A stretch of 64,000 nucleotides of DNA from NCBI GenBank assembly GCA_024137785.1, contig JAHRHZ010000018.1:34296560-34360559 (forward strand). Reading direction: 5' to 3'. The DNA is from Ginglymostoma cirratum. Its lineage: Eukaryota. A program made the translations under genes and the position numbers. Shown piece by piece: positions 24,011 through 36,800 of this stretch; position 1 is the first letter of the stretch; each line of letters begins with the position of its first letter. The notes under the pieces were generated by a model. That model did no database searches, was not told the DNA's origin, and saw nothing but the letters and a program-made list of their open reading frames with translations.

Positions 24011-26483
24011 CTTATTTTAGGTCATTTAAACATCACATATACTGTATTTCCCTTCACTTAACGCATTTCTGACTCTGAAGATAGCTTTTGTATTTATATT
24101 TTCTTTTGAAAAAGGAAAATTTACGTTTGTGCTAATTGTAGATAGTCTATGGAATGAGTGGACTGAATGATTTTGTCTAATTCCTCCCTTACTAGTGAAA
24201 CAAGTTAGTTCTATCTAGTTCAGTGTCCTTACAACATTGAATACAATTATGTTCAGGAACAATCGTTTGTTGTTTACTGACTTTCTTTTATTCAGGACAA
24301 TTCATAACAATTATATATCAATTTAATAACTTTGCAAAATGAGAAAGATTATATTGGGAAGCAAAATTTTCCTATTGCTAAGCGTAGAGACAGTATGCAT
24401 TCTAAAATAATACTTATATAGTGAAATATATAAATCAAAGCCATTCTTCTTCTGAGCTAAATCAATTGCTTTGATGATGTAGTTGATGTATTTCTGTGTT
24501 CAGTAATAACTCATTGCGATTATGATTTTTGCCAGCTAAAGTCTGACAGGCTGAAAAGATAGAGAAGGAACTGGGCAGCTATTGTGCAGAACCAGGGGAA
24601 GTTTACTGGACAGACATTGAAACTATCGCATTGAAGTCTGTGAGCAGCTGTGCAACATAGAAAAGTGGTTCAAGGGTTTGAGAACGGATTATGAAGGGGA
24701 AAGATTAGGCGAGTTGCAATGGAGGAATGTGAAGAATAATAGTTGATTCAGCAATAAAGTGCTTTGCAGAATCAGAGAATTGGTATGGTGAAGAGGAAGG
24801 CCATTTCGTCCATCATTTCTGCAATGACTCTCTGAGCTTTTAAACTTATTGCTGATCTTGCCATTTCCCCATAGCCTTTTATATTATTTCTGTTTAAATG
24901 GTTATCCACTGCCCTTTTGAATGCTTCAGTTGATTCCACTTTCACCACACTTCCACATAGTGAATTCCATAACCAAACTACCCACTGTGTAAAATAACTA
25001 TTTCTCAGCTCATATTTGCTTCTTTTGTTAAACGATTTAAATTTTTGGCTTCCGGTTCTCAATTCATTTACAAGTGAGCACCATTTCTCCTTATCCACTC
25101 TGTTGAGACACCTCATGATTTTGAAAACTTCTATCACATCAGCTCTTAACATTTTCCTCTACAAGGAAAACAGTCCAAATTTCTCCATTCATTGCAACTA
25201 AAGTGCATCGTCCCAGGAAACATTTTTGCCAACATCTTTTGTGCCCTCAATAATGTGTTTATATGTTTGCTACAACATGGTGCACAGAATTGTACACAGT
25301 ACTCCAACTGAGATCTAGCTGGTGTCTTATTGAAGTTCATCATAACTTCTCTGCTCTTGCACTCTAAGCCCCTATTAATGATGCCTGGAATACCGTCTGC
25401 TTTATGAGCAGCTTCCGCTATCTGCCCTGCCATTATCAATGACTTAGGCACATATACACCCAGGTTTCCCTGCATCCGTGCACTCTTGAGTAGAGAGTGT
25501 CCTTTCTTTTATACTATCGCTCCAAGTTCTTTATACCAAAAGTACATCACCTCACACATCTCCACAATTAGCTTCAGCTGCCACCATCTATTCACCTACT
25601 CCACCAATGTGTCAATCTCCTTTTGAAGTTCTACACTGTTTTTCTCACACTTTACAATTTTCCCAAGTTTTATGTCGCCTGCAATCTTTGGGATTGTATC
25701 TACCACACTAAGGTCTAGATCATTCATATATATCGGGAAAAACAAGGAGTCCCAGTAACGACCCCTGAGGAACTGTACAATAAATCTTCTAGCTCAAAAA
25801 ATGCCTTTAACTTTCAGTTCTTTATCCCTCAACCACTTTTGTATCCATTTGCTGCTTTCTCTTGTATTCATTGACCTATGACTTTCCTTAGAATTCATGT
25901 TATGTGGCATTATAATTGAACACCTTCTGGAAGTCTAAATACACCACATCGATGGCCTTTACTCCCATCAAGCCTTTTTTTTTATTCTTCAAAATTTCTA
26001 GCAAGTTCGACACATATTTCCCTTAACAAATCTGTGCTGATTCTTCTAGAACAATCCACATCACTATGAAATCTATCTTGAATATTTGTTTTGAGAAGTT
26101 TCTCCACCACTGAAGTTAAGCTGACTGGTCTGTAGTTGCCAAGCTGATCTTTACAACCATTTTGAACAAGGATGTAACATTTACAATTCTCCTCTCCTCT
26201 GGCCTCACCCCTCCTCCCAAGCAATATTGAACAATTATTGCTAGTGCCTCTGCCATTTCTACTTGCAACTCATTCAATATCCTTGGATCCACCTCATCTG
26301 ATCCTAGTGTCTTATCAATCTTTAAGTACCAACAGCTTATCCAATGTCTGCTCCTTATCAATTTTAAACCTTTCTAATGAATGGGTTTTCTCCTTTGCCA
26401 TCATGGCCTAAGCACTATCTGCCTCATAGATGATGACAGATGCAAAGTATTAATTCAACATCTTATCATATGTCTTGCATTTT

Positions 26484-27020
26484 TGATGATACTACAGCTT
26501 TAAGGGGTGTATTTTGTCCCTTTTTTTGAAGACAGGTTTTGAGGCAGAGGTACCAAGATGTCACTTCCAAGCCAATAAAGTAAACAGCTTCTGTGCCAAT
26601 GGGTGATTTTTTTTCTTTAAAGTTAGAACAATAGAAGCAGCATGAATGGGTGGAATCAGGCTCCCACAGAACCAGGGTTTTAGTTTAGTTTTCAGGGGAA
26701 ACACCCATGCGAAACAATCTATTTTACTGAACTTGCCTTTGCCAAGAGTGTCCTTATGGGATGTTACTATATTGGAACAGTAGTTGTTTAGTAGTTAAAC
26801 AATCTGCTATTCTGTTTAAGTTTTTTGACACACCGTATTCTTTTGTTTGTGTTTTATCTATAGGGTAAGAATAAAGTGTGTTTTGCTTAAAGCTGAGTGC
26901 TATCACCAACTGAATTACATTTGGAACACACCACCTTACACTTGCCTGTAAAAAGATAAAACTTAGGGTCTAGGCTATTTCTTTGATATATTTGAAGGGG
27001 GTTTGATCTGGTCCAGAACA
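26484..27020 (+). mobile_element. Putative solo LTR inserted in CR1
   Basis: TG...ACA termini, AATAAA at 26870-26875, G-rich U5-like end (GAAGGGGGTTTGATCTGGTCCAGAACA). CR1 resumes on both sides. No clean TSD. Confidence 0.55.
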
Positions 27021-27376
27021 TCTCTAAATGTAGACCTTAATGTGGACTATTATATGCCATTTTTGGTCTATAATAGTCTCTGCTCCTTCTTTTGCCACCC
27101 TTTTACTGTTGATGTGCTTGGAGAAGATTTTCGAATATTTTCGTGTCTTTTCTCATAACCTATCTTTGCTTCTCATATGTGCTGTCTTATCCCCGTTCTG
27201 AACTTTCTGCATTCAGCTTAGTTCTCAATAGCATTATGACTTAAAACCTGTTGTAAGCACATTTTTCCTGCCTCAACTTAATTTACATCTCCTTTATCAT
27301 CCAGCGAGCTCTGGATTTATTTGTCCTATCTTTCCCACTTCAGGGAATGTACCTTGACTGAACCCTCTTCTCAAAG

Positions 27377-27458
27377 ACAACTGGGGATGGTCAATAAATA
27401 CTGGCCCAGCCAGTGACACCCATGTCCCACATTCTGCATCCATGAGTGACGAAACAAA
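27377..27458 (+). mobile_element. Short 3'-tail insertion of the second LINE family
   Basis: GGGATGGTCAATAAATACTGGCCCAGCCAGTGACACCCATGTCCCA is the reverse complement of the LINE 3' end at 27776-27820. It interrupts the CR1. Confidence 0.65.
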
Positions 27459-27769
27459 AAGTAGTCCATTGTTCAGCTACTGTTTTTCCTGCCAAACTTT
27501 GGATCCAGTCTATATGACCCAGCTCTGTTCTTGCCCCCCTGAAATTAGCTCTCCACCAGTTCATTATTCTTACTCTGGATTGACCAATGTAATTTTTCAC
27601 TGTCATCCTAAACCCTATGATACAACAATCACTGTCCCCTAATTGTTCCCTCACTGTCACTACTTGGTCCACCCCATTCCCAACAACTAGAGTGGCTCCT
27701 TTCTTTTTGGGCTGGACACAAGCTGCTGTATGAGATTCTCCTGAACTTTTTATTTTATTCTGTTTATTT

Positions 27770-30640
27770 ATTTATGGGATGTGGGTGTTGCTTGTTGGCC
27801 AGTATTTATTGGCCATCCCTAATTGCCCTTGAGAAGGTGGTGGTGAGTTGCCTCCTTGAACAAGTGCAGTCCATGTGCTGTAGTTTGAATGATAATGCCT
27901 TTAGGGAGAGAATTCCAAGATTTCGACCCACCAACAGTGAAGGAATGGTGATATGTTTCCAAGTCTGGATGGTGATTGTCTTGGAGGGAAGCTTGCAGGT
28001 GGCGGTGTTCCAAGGAATCTGCTGCTCTGTCATTCAAGATAGTGCAGTCATAAGTCTGCAAGATGCTGTCTAAGGATCTTTAGTGAACCTACGCAGTGCA
28101 TTTTGTTGATAGTAGACACTGCCGCTATTGAGTGTTGGTGGTGGAGGGAGCGGAGGTTTACAGATGTGGTGCAAATCAAGTGGGGTATTTTGTCCTGGAT
28201 GGCGTCAAGCTTCTTGAGTATTGTTGAATCTGCATCGTCTAGGCCAAATGGGGAGTAATATATCATACCCCTGACTTAAGCGTTGTAGATTGTGGACAGG
28301 CTTTGGGGAGTCAATAGGTGAGTTAAACACCTAGCCTCTGCCATTGTGTTTATGTGGTGTATCCAGTTGAGTCTCTGGTCAATGCTAACCCTAAGGATGT
28401 TGATAGTGAGGGATTCAGTGTGGTGAACACCATTGAATGTTAAGGTGCGGTGGTTAGATTGTCTCTATTGGAGATGGTCATTGCCTTGTATTTATATGAC
28501 ATGAATGTTATGTCGTCTGGTTCCCCTTTAAACAAGTTACAGACAACTCCACCTGAATGTTATGAATGAGTTTGTCCAGGTGTCCCACAATACTGAAGCA
28601 GCCAAATCAGTACGAACACAAGCTGGTACCAATGCAAAACATTCTCACTTTATTAGGAACAAAATTATGATAACTTTTAATACTAAACATACTATCCTTA
28701 ATCTTGTTTAGCTGCTTACAGTTAAAATACTTGCCAAATTTACACAGTCAGTCTCTCTGTTGCTCTGTCTCTGGGTCTGTGAAGCTGCTTTCTCTCTCTC
28801 TATGGATAGTCATTTGGTATCTGCCTCTTGCCATGCTGGTCCCCTCAAAATGCCTCAGACAATTCCAAGAGCAGTTCCAAGGGAGAAGACAGCAGGTGAA
28901 CTCTGTTTTTATACCTTTTAGATGGTTTTCTGGAACTTCCTGTAGTTCTGACCAATGAGGGAGATACACTTAATAGTTTGAAACAAGAGTCAATCGTTTC
29001 GATGGCATGCTACTGTCAAGTTTCTTTGTGTAGCAGGACCCAGTGCCTTTCTGTCTGGGCTGCCCTTTGTTTAATGGATAAATTGTTGGGGCTGTCTGTG
29101 CAGACTAACTGTTGCCTTTTACATTATGCTGATATCGTTAGCACTTGGCTGGTTTTTTTGCACGGTGTCTGATATGTGGGTTTTATGATTTCAGTGTTTT
29201 CACTTGGCTGATGTAACCAGCATCCCTTGCTGTTCAGCCAAATTGGCAAACTGTGTTTTAACAGCCAAGAGGCTGCTACAGTTACTTGCCACTTGTCAGT
29301 CCAAGCCTGGATATTGTCCAGATCTTATTGCATTTGAACATGGACTGCTTCAGTATTCTGACCTTATGACGGAGGAACGTCATTGATGAAGCAGCTGAAG
29401 ATGGTTGGGCCTAGGACACTACCCTGCGGAATTCCTGCAGAGATGTCCTAGAGCTGAGACGACTGACCTCCAACAAATACAATCATCTTCCAATGTGCCA
29501 GGAATGACTTCGACCAGCGGAGAGTATGCCCTGACACAATTGATTCCAGTTTTGCCAGGGCTCCTTGATGCCATACTTGGTTGAATTGCGGCCTTGATAT
29601 CGAGGGTTGTCACTTTTAACTCACCCTCTGGAATTCAGCTCTTATGTCCATGTTTGAACCAAGGCTGTCATGAGGTCAGGAGCTGAATGGCCCCGGCGGA
29701 ATCGATCTGGGCATCACTGAGCAGGTAGTGCTTGATAGCACCTTCCATCATTTTACTGATGATCAAGAGTTAACTCTTTGAGCAATAATTGGCCGGGGTG
29801 AATTTGTCCCACTTTCTGCATGTTGGACACGTCTAGATAATTTTCCACATTGTCAGGTAGATACCAGTGTTGTAGCTGTACTGGAACAGCTTGGCTAAGG
29901 GTCATGGCAAGTTCTGGAGCATAAGTCTTCAGTATTATTGCTGGAATATTGTCAGGGCCTGTAGCCTTTGCAGTATCCTCCAAACAGTGCCTGCAAGCAT
30001 TTCTTAATATCACTTGGAGTGAATCGAATTGGCTGAAGACTGGTACCTGTAATGCTGGGGACCACTGGAGGAGGCCAAGATGGATTATCTACTCGGCATT
30101 TCTGGCTAAAGATTGCAGTAAATGCTTCAGCCTTATCTTTTCCACTGATTTGCTGGCCTATTCCATCATTGACGATGGGGATATTTGTGGAGCTTCATCC
30201 TTCAGTGAGTTATTTCATCATCCACTACCATTCACAACTAGATGTGGCAGGACTGGAGAGCTTAGATCTGATCCGTTGGTTGTGGGGTCTCTTTAACGCT
30301 GTCTATCACTTACTATTTATGCTGTTGGCCTGCAAGTAGCTTCACCAAGTCAACACCTCATTTTTGGGTATGCCTGATGCTGCTCCTGGTATGTCCTCCG
30401 GCACGCTCCATTGAACCAGGGTTGATTCCCTGGCTTGATGGTAATGGTTGAATCAGGGATATGACGGGCCATGTTGCAGATTGTGCTGCTGTCGATGGCC
30501 CACAGCACCTTGTGGATACCCAGTCTTGAGTTGCTGCATCTATTTGTATTCCATCCCTTTTAGCACTGTGATAGTGTCCCACAATACATTGGAGGGTTTT
30601 GTCAATATGAAGGTGAGACTTAGTCTCCACAAAACTGTTC
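27770..30640 (-). mobile_element. CR1-clade LINE of a second family, ORF2 relic split by a solo LTR
   Basis: DTAKATGPDNIPAIILKTYAPELA (29753-30013), LDIKAA (29419-29613), LKKLDAIQDK...LRSLHHQHSIAAVSTINKMH (28048-28266) and SFTVGGSKSWNSLP (27819-28061). Confidence 0.85.
28511..29280 (-). mobile_element. Solo LTR, 770 bp, 4-bp TSD
   Basis: GTTA (28507-28510)-TGT...ACA-GTTA (29281-29284). Minus-strand TATAAAA (28907-28913) lies upstream of AATAAA (28650-28655). Removing it restores the LINE sequence GAATGTTACTTGCC. Confidence 0.85.
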
Positions 30641-30921
30641 TCACCCTTCACTGTCCCTTACAGCACCACTATCCTTGTATTCAGTTAGGTAGGTTAACAA
30701 TTACAGTTTTTTTTCACTCCAGCAACATGAAAAATGAGATTATCATGAAGGAAATTAAGGTAGGACTTCGCTTTGATCATATATTTTAGTAAACTTAATC
30801 CAAAATTTGGAAAAGTAATTTGCTGTCATATTGAAAATTCCACGCCTCAAGCAAGAAAAGGAACACTTGAAAGTCGCTGCCGAGGTGGGCAGGACCTTTG
30901 TTTTAAAATTATTTACAAGAT

Positions 30922-31246
30922 GGGCAGCGCAGTGGCTCAATGGTTAGCACCGCTGCCTCACAGTGCCAGGGACACGGGTGCCATTCCATCCTTGGGTGAC
31001 TGTGTATGTTCTCCCTGTGTCTGCATGGGTTTCTGCTGAGCGCTCCAGTTTCCTCCCACTGTCCAAAGATGTGCAGGTTGGGTGGATGATTCATGTTAAG
31101 TTGCCCCATATTGTCCATGCGAGTTGCAGTTTACAGGGAGAGGGTGGGGGCGAAGGGGGTTGGGTCCGGGTGGAATGCTATTCAAAGGATCAGTGCAGAC
31201 TTGATAGGCTGAATGGCTTCTATTTGCACTGTCAGGATTCTATGAT
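30922..31246 (+). mobile_element. HE1-type V-SINE (elasmobranch tRNA-derived SINE), near full length
   Basis: A-box TGGCTCAATGG (30933-30943), degenerate B-box, V-domain CCCTGTGTCTGCATGGGTTTCTGCTGAGCGCTCCAGTTTCCTCCCACTGTCCAAAGATGTGCAGGTT, and CR1-type tail GATTCTATGATT. Confidence 0.9.
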
Positions 31247-31249
31247 TTT

Positions 31250-31790
31250 ATGCGGGTATCACTGGCTGGTCGTTTCATTATTACCCATCCCTAATTGCCC
31301 TAGTCAAGGTGGTGATGAACTGCCTTCTTGAATAGTTCCAGTCCTGGAGACGTAGGCGCATCCAATGCTTTGTTTGGGAGGAAAATCCAGGATATTGGCT
31401 CAGCAACTGTGAAGGACTGTCGATTTAGATCCAAGTCATGATGGTGTGTGGGTTAGAGGGGGAGTTTGCAAGTGATGGTATTCCTGTACAGCTATTGCCT
31501 TTGTCCTTCTGGGTAGCAGGGAATGTAGTTTAGAACTATTGTTAAAGCAGGCTTGGTGAGTGAATGCAGTGGATCTTGTAAATAATACACACTGGTGCCA
31601 CTCTGCATTGGTGGTGGAGCGAGCAAATGTTTATGGTAGTGAATACAATGCCAGTCAAGTGGGTTGCTTTGTTTGGATGCTATCAAGAATAATCCACAAT
31701 ACTCAGAAAGTATTCCATTACGATCCTTATTAGTGGTTTGTACATACTGTACATTCTTTTGGAGTCAGGAGATGAGTTACTGCACCCAGT
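31250..31790 (-). mobile_element. 3' fragment of the second LINE family
   Basis: Colinear with 27776-28325 (CCCATCCCTAATTGCCCT...AAGGTGGTG). Confidence 0.75.
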
Positions 31791-31869
31791 AGGATGATAT
31801 TCTAGGAGCAACACCAGGCATATTACAAATGAGTTTTCAATCTGATGAAGCTACAGTATAGAACTAGAC

Positions 31870-32905
31870 CCTAAGAAGTTGGTGCAGGAGTCAGCCATAT
31901 GGCCCCTCCAGGCTGCTCTGCCATTCAATAGGATCATGGCTGATTCAACATTCCTCATGTCCACTTTCCTGCCCTTTCCCCGTAATCCTTAATTCCCCTA
32001 CTGATCAAGAATCTATCTATCTCAGTCTTAAATATACACAAGGACTCTGCCCTACAGCTTTCTGTTGCAAGGAATCCCAAAGACTCACAAACCTCTGAGA
32101 GAAGAAATTCCACCTCATCTCAATGTTAAATTGGCACCCCTTTAGCCTGAGACTATGTGCACTGGTCATAGATTGTTCCATGAGAGGAAACATCCTCTCA
32201 GCATTTACCCTCTCAAGCCCCTTAAGAATCCTATATGTTTCAATTAAATTGCCTCTCATTCTTCGAAACTCCATAAATAGAATCCTATCCTGTTTAGCCT
32301 TTGCTCATAAAACAATGCCTCCCATACCAGGGGTCATTCTAGTGAACCTTCTCTGAATTGCCTCCAACAAAATGATATCTTTCCTAAATAAGGGGACCAA
32401 GACTGATCAGAGTGCTCCAAACTGATCTCACCAACACCTTGCATAGTTGCAGTAAGATTTCCCTAGTCTACTCCAAACCTCTTGAAATAAGGGTCAACAT
32501 TCCATGAGCCTTCCTAATTACCATCTACACCCAAGTGCTAGCTTTCTGTGTTTCATGCACAAGCACCCCTCAAGTCCCCTTGTATTGCATTTTTCTGCAG
32601 TTTTTCTTCATTTAAATAATCTTCTATTCTTTTGTTTTTTTCACATTTTCACAAATATACTTCATTTGCCAACTTTTTGCCCATTACTTAACCCATCAAT
32701 ATCTCTCTGTATCCCCCTGACAACCTATCTTTCCACCTTTTTGGTGTTGTCTGCAAATTTAGCTATAGTACATTCACTTCCTTCCTCCAAGTCATTAATA
32801 TATATTGTAAACAATTGCAATCCCAGCACTGATTTCTATAGAATCCCACTGGGCACAAGTTGTCAACTTGAAAAAGAACTCCTTATCCCAATTCTTTTTC
32901 CATGC
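31870..32905 (-). mobile_element. CR1 LINE 3' end with partial RT
   Basis: ORF 32017-32274 EFRRMRGNLIETYRILKGLERVNAERMFPL. Minus-strand IYINDLEE...IAKFADNTK near 32740-32805. Confidence 0.9.
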
Positions 32906-32959
32906 CAATATACTGCCTCCAACACTATTGCCTCTTACGATTTCATGTCAAACAGAGGA

Positions 32960-33240
32960 AACAGCATGCGATAGTTAGGCTAAGCTATCCCACAGCCCTT
33001 AGTTCTGCAGTCCTTCCACATCCATTTGTGAAAGGTTGCAGGCAATTAATGAACTACCACGGTAGAGGCTCCACAAATATCCCCAACCTGATCAAGGGGG
33101 GAGTCCAGCATATTGGTGTAAAACACAAGGCAGAAGTATTTTCATTCATCTTCAGCCAGTCATGTCAAGTGGGCGATCCATTTCCACCTCCCACTGACAG
33201 ATCACAGGCAGATGACAGATTCCAACATCACACATACCAG
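32960..33240 (+). mobile_element. Internal fragment of the second LINE family
   Basis: GGCTCCACAAATATCCCC...AAGGCAGAAGTATTTTCATTCATCTTCAGCCAG is the reverse complement of the 30090-30200 region. Confidence 0.65.
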
Positions 33241-33249
33241 TCTTCAGAT

Positions 33250-33860
33250 TCAATTTTTTTTTTGAAAGTTACAATTGAATCTGCCTGCACCATACTCTCA
33301 GACAGTGTCTTCCAGATCCTAATCATTTGATATATAAGGTTTTTTCTCATGTCGGGGATAGTAAGAACTGCCGATGCTAAAGAAGGGTCCCGACTCGAAA
33401 CGTCAACTTTCCTCCTCCTCTGATGCTGCCTGGTCTACTGTGTTTCTCCAGGTCCACACTGTGTTATCCCTTTTTCTCATGTCACCTTTTGTTCCTTTAT
33501 CATTCACCTTAAATCATTGTTTCCTGACTGCTGATCTTTCTGCCAGTTTCTCTCTATATGCTGTGCTTAGATCATGATTTTAAATAATGCTATCTAATCT
33601 CCTCTCAACCTTCTGTTCTTCAAGAACAGCCCCAGCTTCTCCAATCTATCCCTGCAACTGAAGTCTCTTATCTCTGGCACCTGTCTCATAAACCTTTGCT
33701 GCAACCTTTCCAATGTCTTCACATCCTTCTACAAGTGTGGTGGCCAGATTTGCAAAAAATACTCCAGTTGAGGCTGATCCAGCGTTTTATAATCTTTCAT
33801 TATTACTTTCTTCATTTTGTTCTCTCTGCTTCTATCTATAAAGTCCAGGACCCATGTACG
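33250..33860 (-). mobile_element. CR1 LINE 3' fragment with short-element insertion
   Basis: Colinear with 24910-25380. Minus-strand LEYFLQIWPPHL*KDVKTLERLQQRFMR. Confidence 0.7.
33354..33470 (+). mobile_element. Penelope-like pseudo-LTR insertion with hammerhead motif, inverted 5' piece and 13-bp TSD
   Basis: TSD TTTTTCTCATGTC at 33341-33353 and 33471-33483. Motif CTAAAGA-AGGGTC-CC-GACTC-GAAA-CGTC-AAC (33377-33407). The first 25 bp are the reverse complement of the element's 3' end as seen at 48102-48125. Confidence 0.8.
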
Positions 33861-36800
33861 TTATCACCCACTTTCACAAAATTTAACAGGATTAGCCAGG
33901 AGGTGGGAAAGCTGCAGAGGAGTTATGGTAAGTCGAACATCAAAGATGAAGGAGTCGGGGATGAATTTCTGAGAGTTTATTTTTCTATGCAAATGAGGAG
34001 TAAAGATTGGTGGAAGGTAATAAGGGGGCAAGGAATCTCAAGAGATAGTGTTGTCAGTGAATGGGATACCGGGAAAATAAAAGTTTAGACAGCTGAAAAG
34101 GTGGTGGGGAGGGGGGTGTTGGTACAAAATTGTATGGGTGTGAAATGTTGTATTAAGGCTGAGATTGAAGGAAGACAGAACGACTTGAAATAAAGAATGA
34201 TTACTTCTTGTACCGGTGATTTAACCAATGTCCTCTTTCACTGCTTGAATTTTCCATTCATTTGTCCAAGAAAAATAAAAGGCATTTTTGATTGAAATTG
34301 ATGTAGAAGTTGGAACCTGGCATTGAACTCGGATTTCCTTATTTCAGAATTCCAAATCGTGGGTTTCAAGTTCCTGGAAAGAGCAATGAATTCCATGGAC
34401 TGCTTGAAATGTGACATAGCTACTGCCAGCCAGACTTCCAAGTACTGAGATAATTCAGCTCAATCTTGATCCTTCCATCTAAGTGAACTTAAACACGTTG
34501 CAAGTCAAATTTCCAGGAACAACATAGATTCAGAAGAGTGTATAGCAATTTCCTTTTGTTGTTTCTGTGCCATTTACAATATTTCACAGGAGAGACAGAC
34601 ATCATTCAAATCAACCTACTTAGTTGAAGTTCAATCATTATATTTGTTTAAACAAAACTCAAACAAGTATAAAAACAACTCAAACAACTATAAAAGTAGA
34701 CATAGAATACGGATTCAGTGAGGTTCAGCATTTGGAACTGACTGCAGCATTTCCAAACTTCTTTGTGGATGCCTTAAGGCTCCTGCTGCACAGTGAGTGC
34801 GTTGCTATTTTCATGTCAGTCCAGCAGATGCTGCACTTTACTGTCAGTATTAGCTTCTCCACAACACTAGAAAGCTAATCGCCACCACCACCCCAGCAAC
34901 CCATATGACATGCACCAACCTCTACTAACAATATGCAAATTACAAAGCCTGTTATCTCTTGCAGAATCTCTCAACAATCACACAATACTTAAAAATATAC
35001 ATGTAATGTCATATTCAGATTTACGATATTTGCACCACTCTTAAAAGTACTGTAATAATAGAACATCTAATGGCACATAAAATAGATCCCTAATTATATG
35101 TGGCTTTGTGAGTTAATGCATTAGAAAATTTTCTTTGTGTTTCTAAATACTTCCTAATATTTTCCAATTCACTGTCATGCTTTTTAAATGGGATTTAATT
35201 GCTTTTAACTATGCAGTTTCATAAGTTGAACAAGGAATAGGGAGGGAGATCTGAAATGATATGCCCTTTTGTCTTGAATTTGTACAGAAATGCATTTTCT
35301 TATAATCCTTTCCACGGGCCTCTTGAGATATCATGATGGCTCCAGAATTCTGAACAGTCCAGAATTTTGACAAAGTTTTTAAGAGACTTTCCTTTTACAC
35401 AGGTAAATAATTGAAAAATGAAATATAATATGCTACTCTTCAGGTGGAGGTACAATTATCACTCTTCAGACTAAAGGATAAACATGAATAAACAAGCTGC
35501 TGGTGTTTTTTTAAAAGAAATATTGTAAAATGTTTCTCAAAACCACTAATTGAGTTCTGTCACACAATGGATTATGCGTTAGTTCCTACATCCCAATCAC
35601 TTTGCTATATTGTTCATCCTCATTGGAAGTGTTATTAATATTATTAAAAAGTAATTAACAATTCTTCCTGTTTTAGAAATGCAAATGTAAAAGTTAGAGT
35701 CAGTGGCTTAGTCTAAGTGTGCTCGTATTTTGTGGAGAATGAGCTTACCATTTTTTACTTGTGAAATAATCATTGTTCACTGCAAGGCAATAACAAAGCA
35801 AGAATGTGAAAACAACACTCAAAAATATGGAATAGAAAATAATTCCAGCTAGGTCAACACTAAATATTATTATGTCCTGGCAAAAATGGAAAATGCTTCA
35901 TTAATTAGTAATTAAACAAAGTACAGAACTAGTTTAAGGGTTTCCTATATATTTACACAGTTATTGCCACAAAAATACTTTGGAGTGGGAAAGAGTTAAT
36001 TTTTGATCTATAAAAAAATCAATTTATCATGCATTGGCATGATTGTGCAATATAGAGATAAGCAATGGTTTTATGCTTAACGAAAAAGGTGAAGATTATG
36101 GATGGCCCTTTGCAGTTTTTACAGTGCTTTTTATGCTCGAGATTAATTCAACTAGTTTAACCCTCATACATAAAACCTACATGCAGCGTTCAGCTCTTTA
36201 AAATCAACAATCAAGAACCCTGGGAATCTTGGAAAATCATCTAGTCAGAGACTCTGAGACCCCAACTGAGCGAGATGGTTACTTTGTACCTGCAGTCATT
36301 AATTAATTCTACAAGGGAAGTAAATTTATAGCTTCTATGAATAAGAACTAAAGACTCAAGGCTATTTTTCACAATATGTGTGGCTCCACAAAGCCTTATG
36401 TGGAATGCATTTCTTTCACACATACAGCCTGTGGATGTTTTATTATTTTTCTGAAGTCTAATTCTTAGCACTTGAGGCTTTGGGGCTCACAGCCAATATT
36501 TCCCACTGCTGTAAGGGAATGTCGCAAATCATTATTGTTACGATATAATTTTTAAAACTTTACTTAATATGAAGACCTTACTCTTGACCTCCACACAGTA
36601 CCTAAGGCTTGTCCAGGGGCCTCAATGAAAAGTTGATGAAATCACCTCCGTCACTTCGACAACTTGCTGCTCTTTTCCAGTGACCTCCTGCTGGTCCATA
36701 GATGCTACATAGCTTGCATTAATTTATTTAGTGTGGAAGAAAATTTAAAAGCAACGTTCAACAATGAAGAATAACAGAATTTAGGAGTGGATCACATTTT

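Larger units (their letters stand above)
24770..27745 (-). mobile_element. Long CR1 LINE ORF2 relic (endonuclease end, RT, C-terminus, 3' UTR), interrupted
   Basis: ORF pieces in the expected order: EQLGDSDCCIIGF (27391-27672), KTLGSDEVDPRILNEL (26116-26361), GNYRPVSLTSVVEKLL (25982-26224), LEYCVQFCAP (25146-25475) and LRADVIEVFKIMR (24772-25152). Confidence 0.9.

Noticed and set aside
30922-30995. tRNA gene
   Set aside because: Degenerate B-box, no full cloverleaf, and it continues into a V-domain. It is a SINE head.
34927-34940. Sox-Oct composite site AACAAT-ATGCAAAT
   Set aside because: The Sox half is in the opposite orientation to the canonical CATTGT-N-ATGCAAAT, and a single motif is weak evidence.
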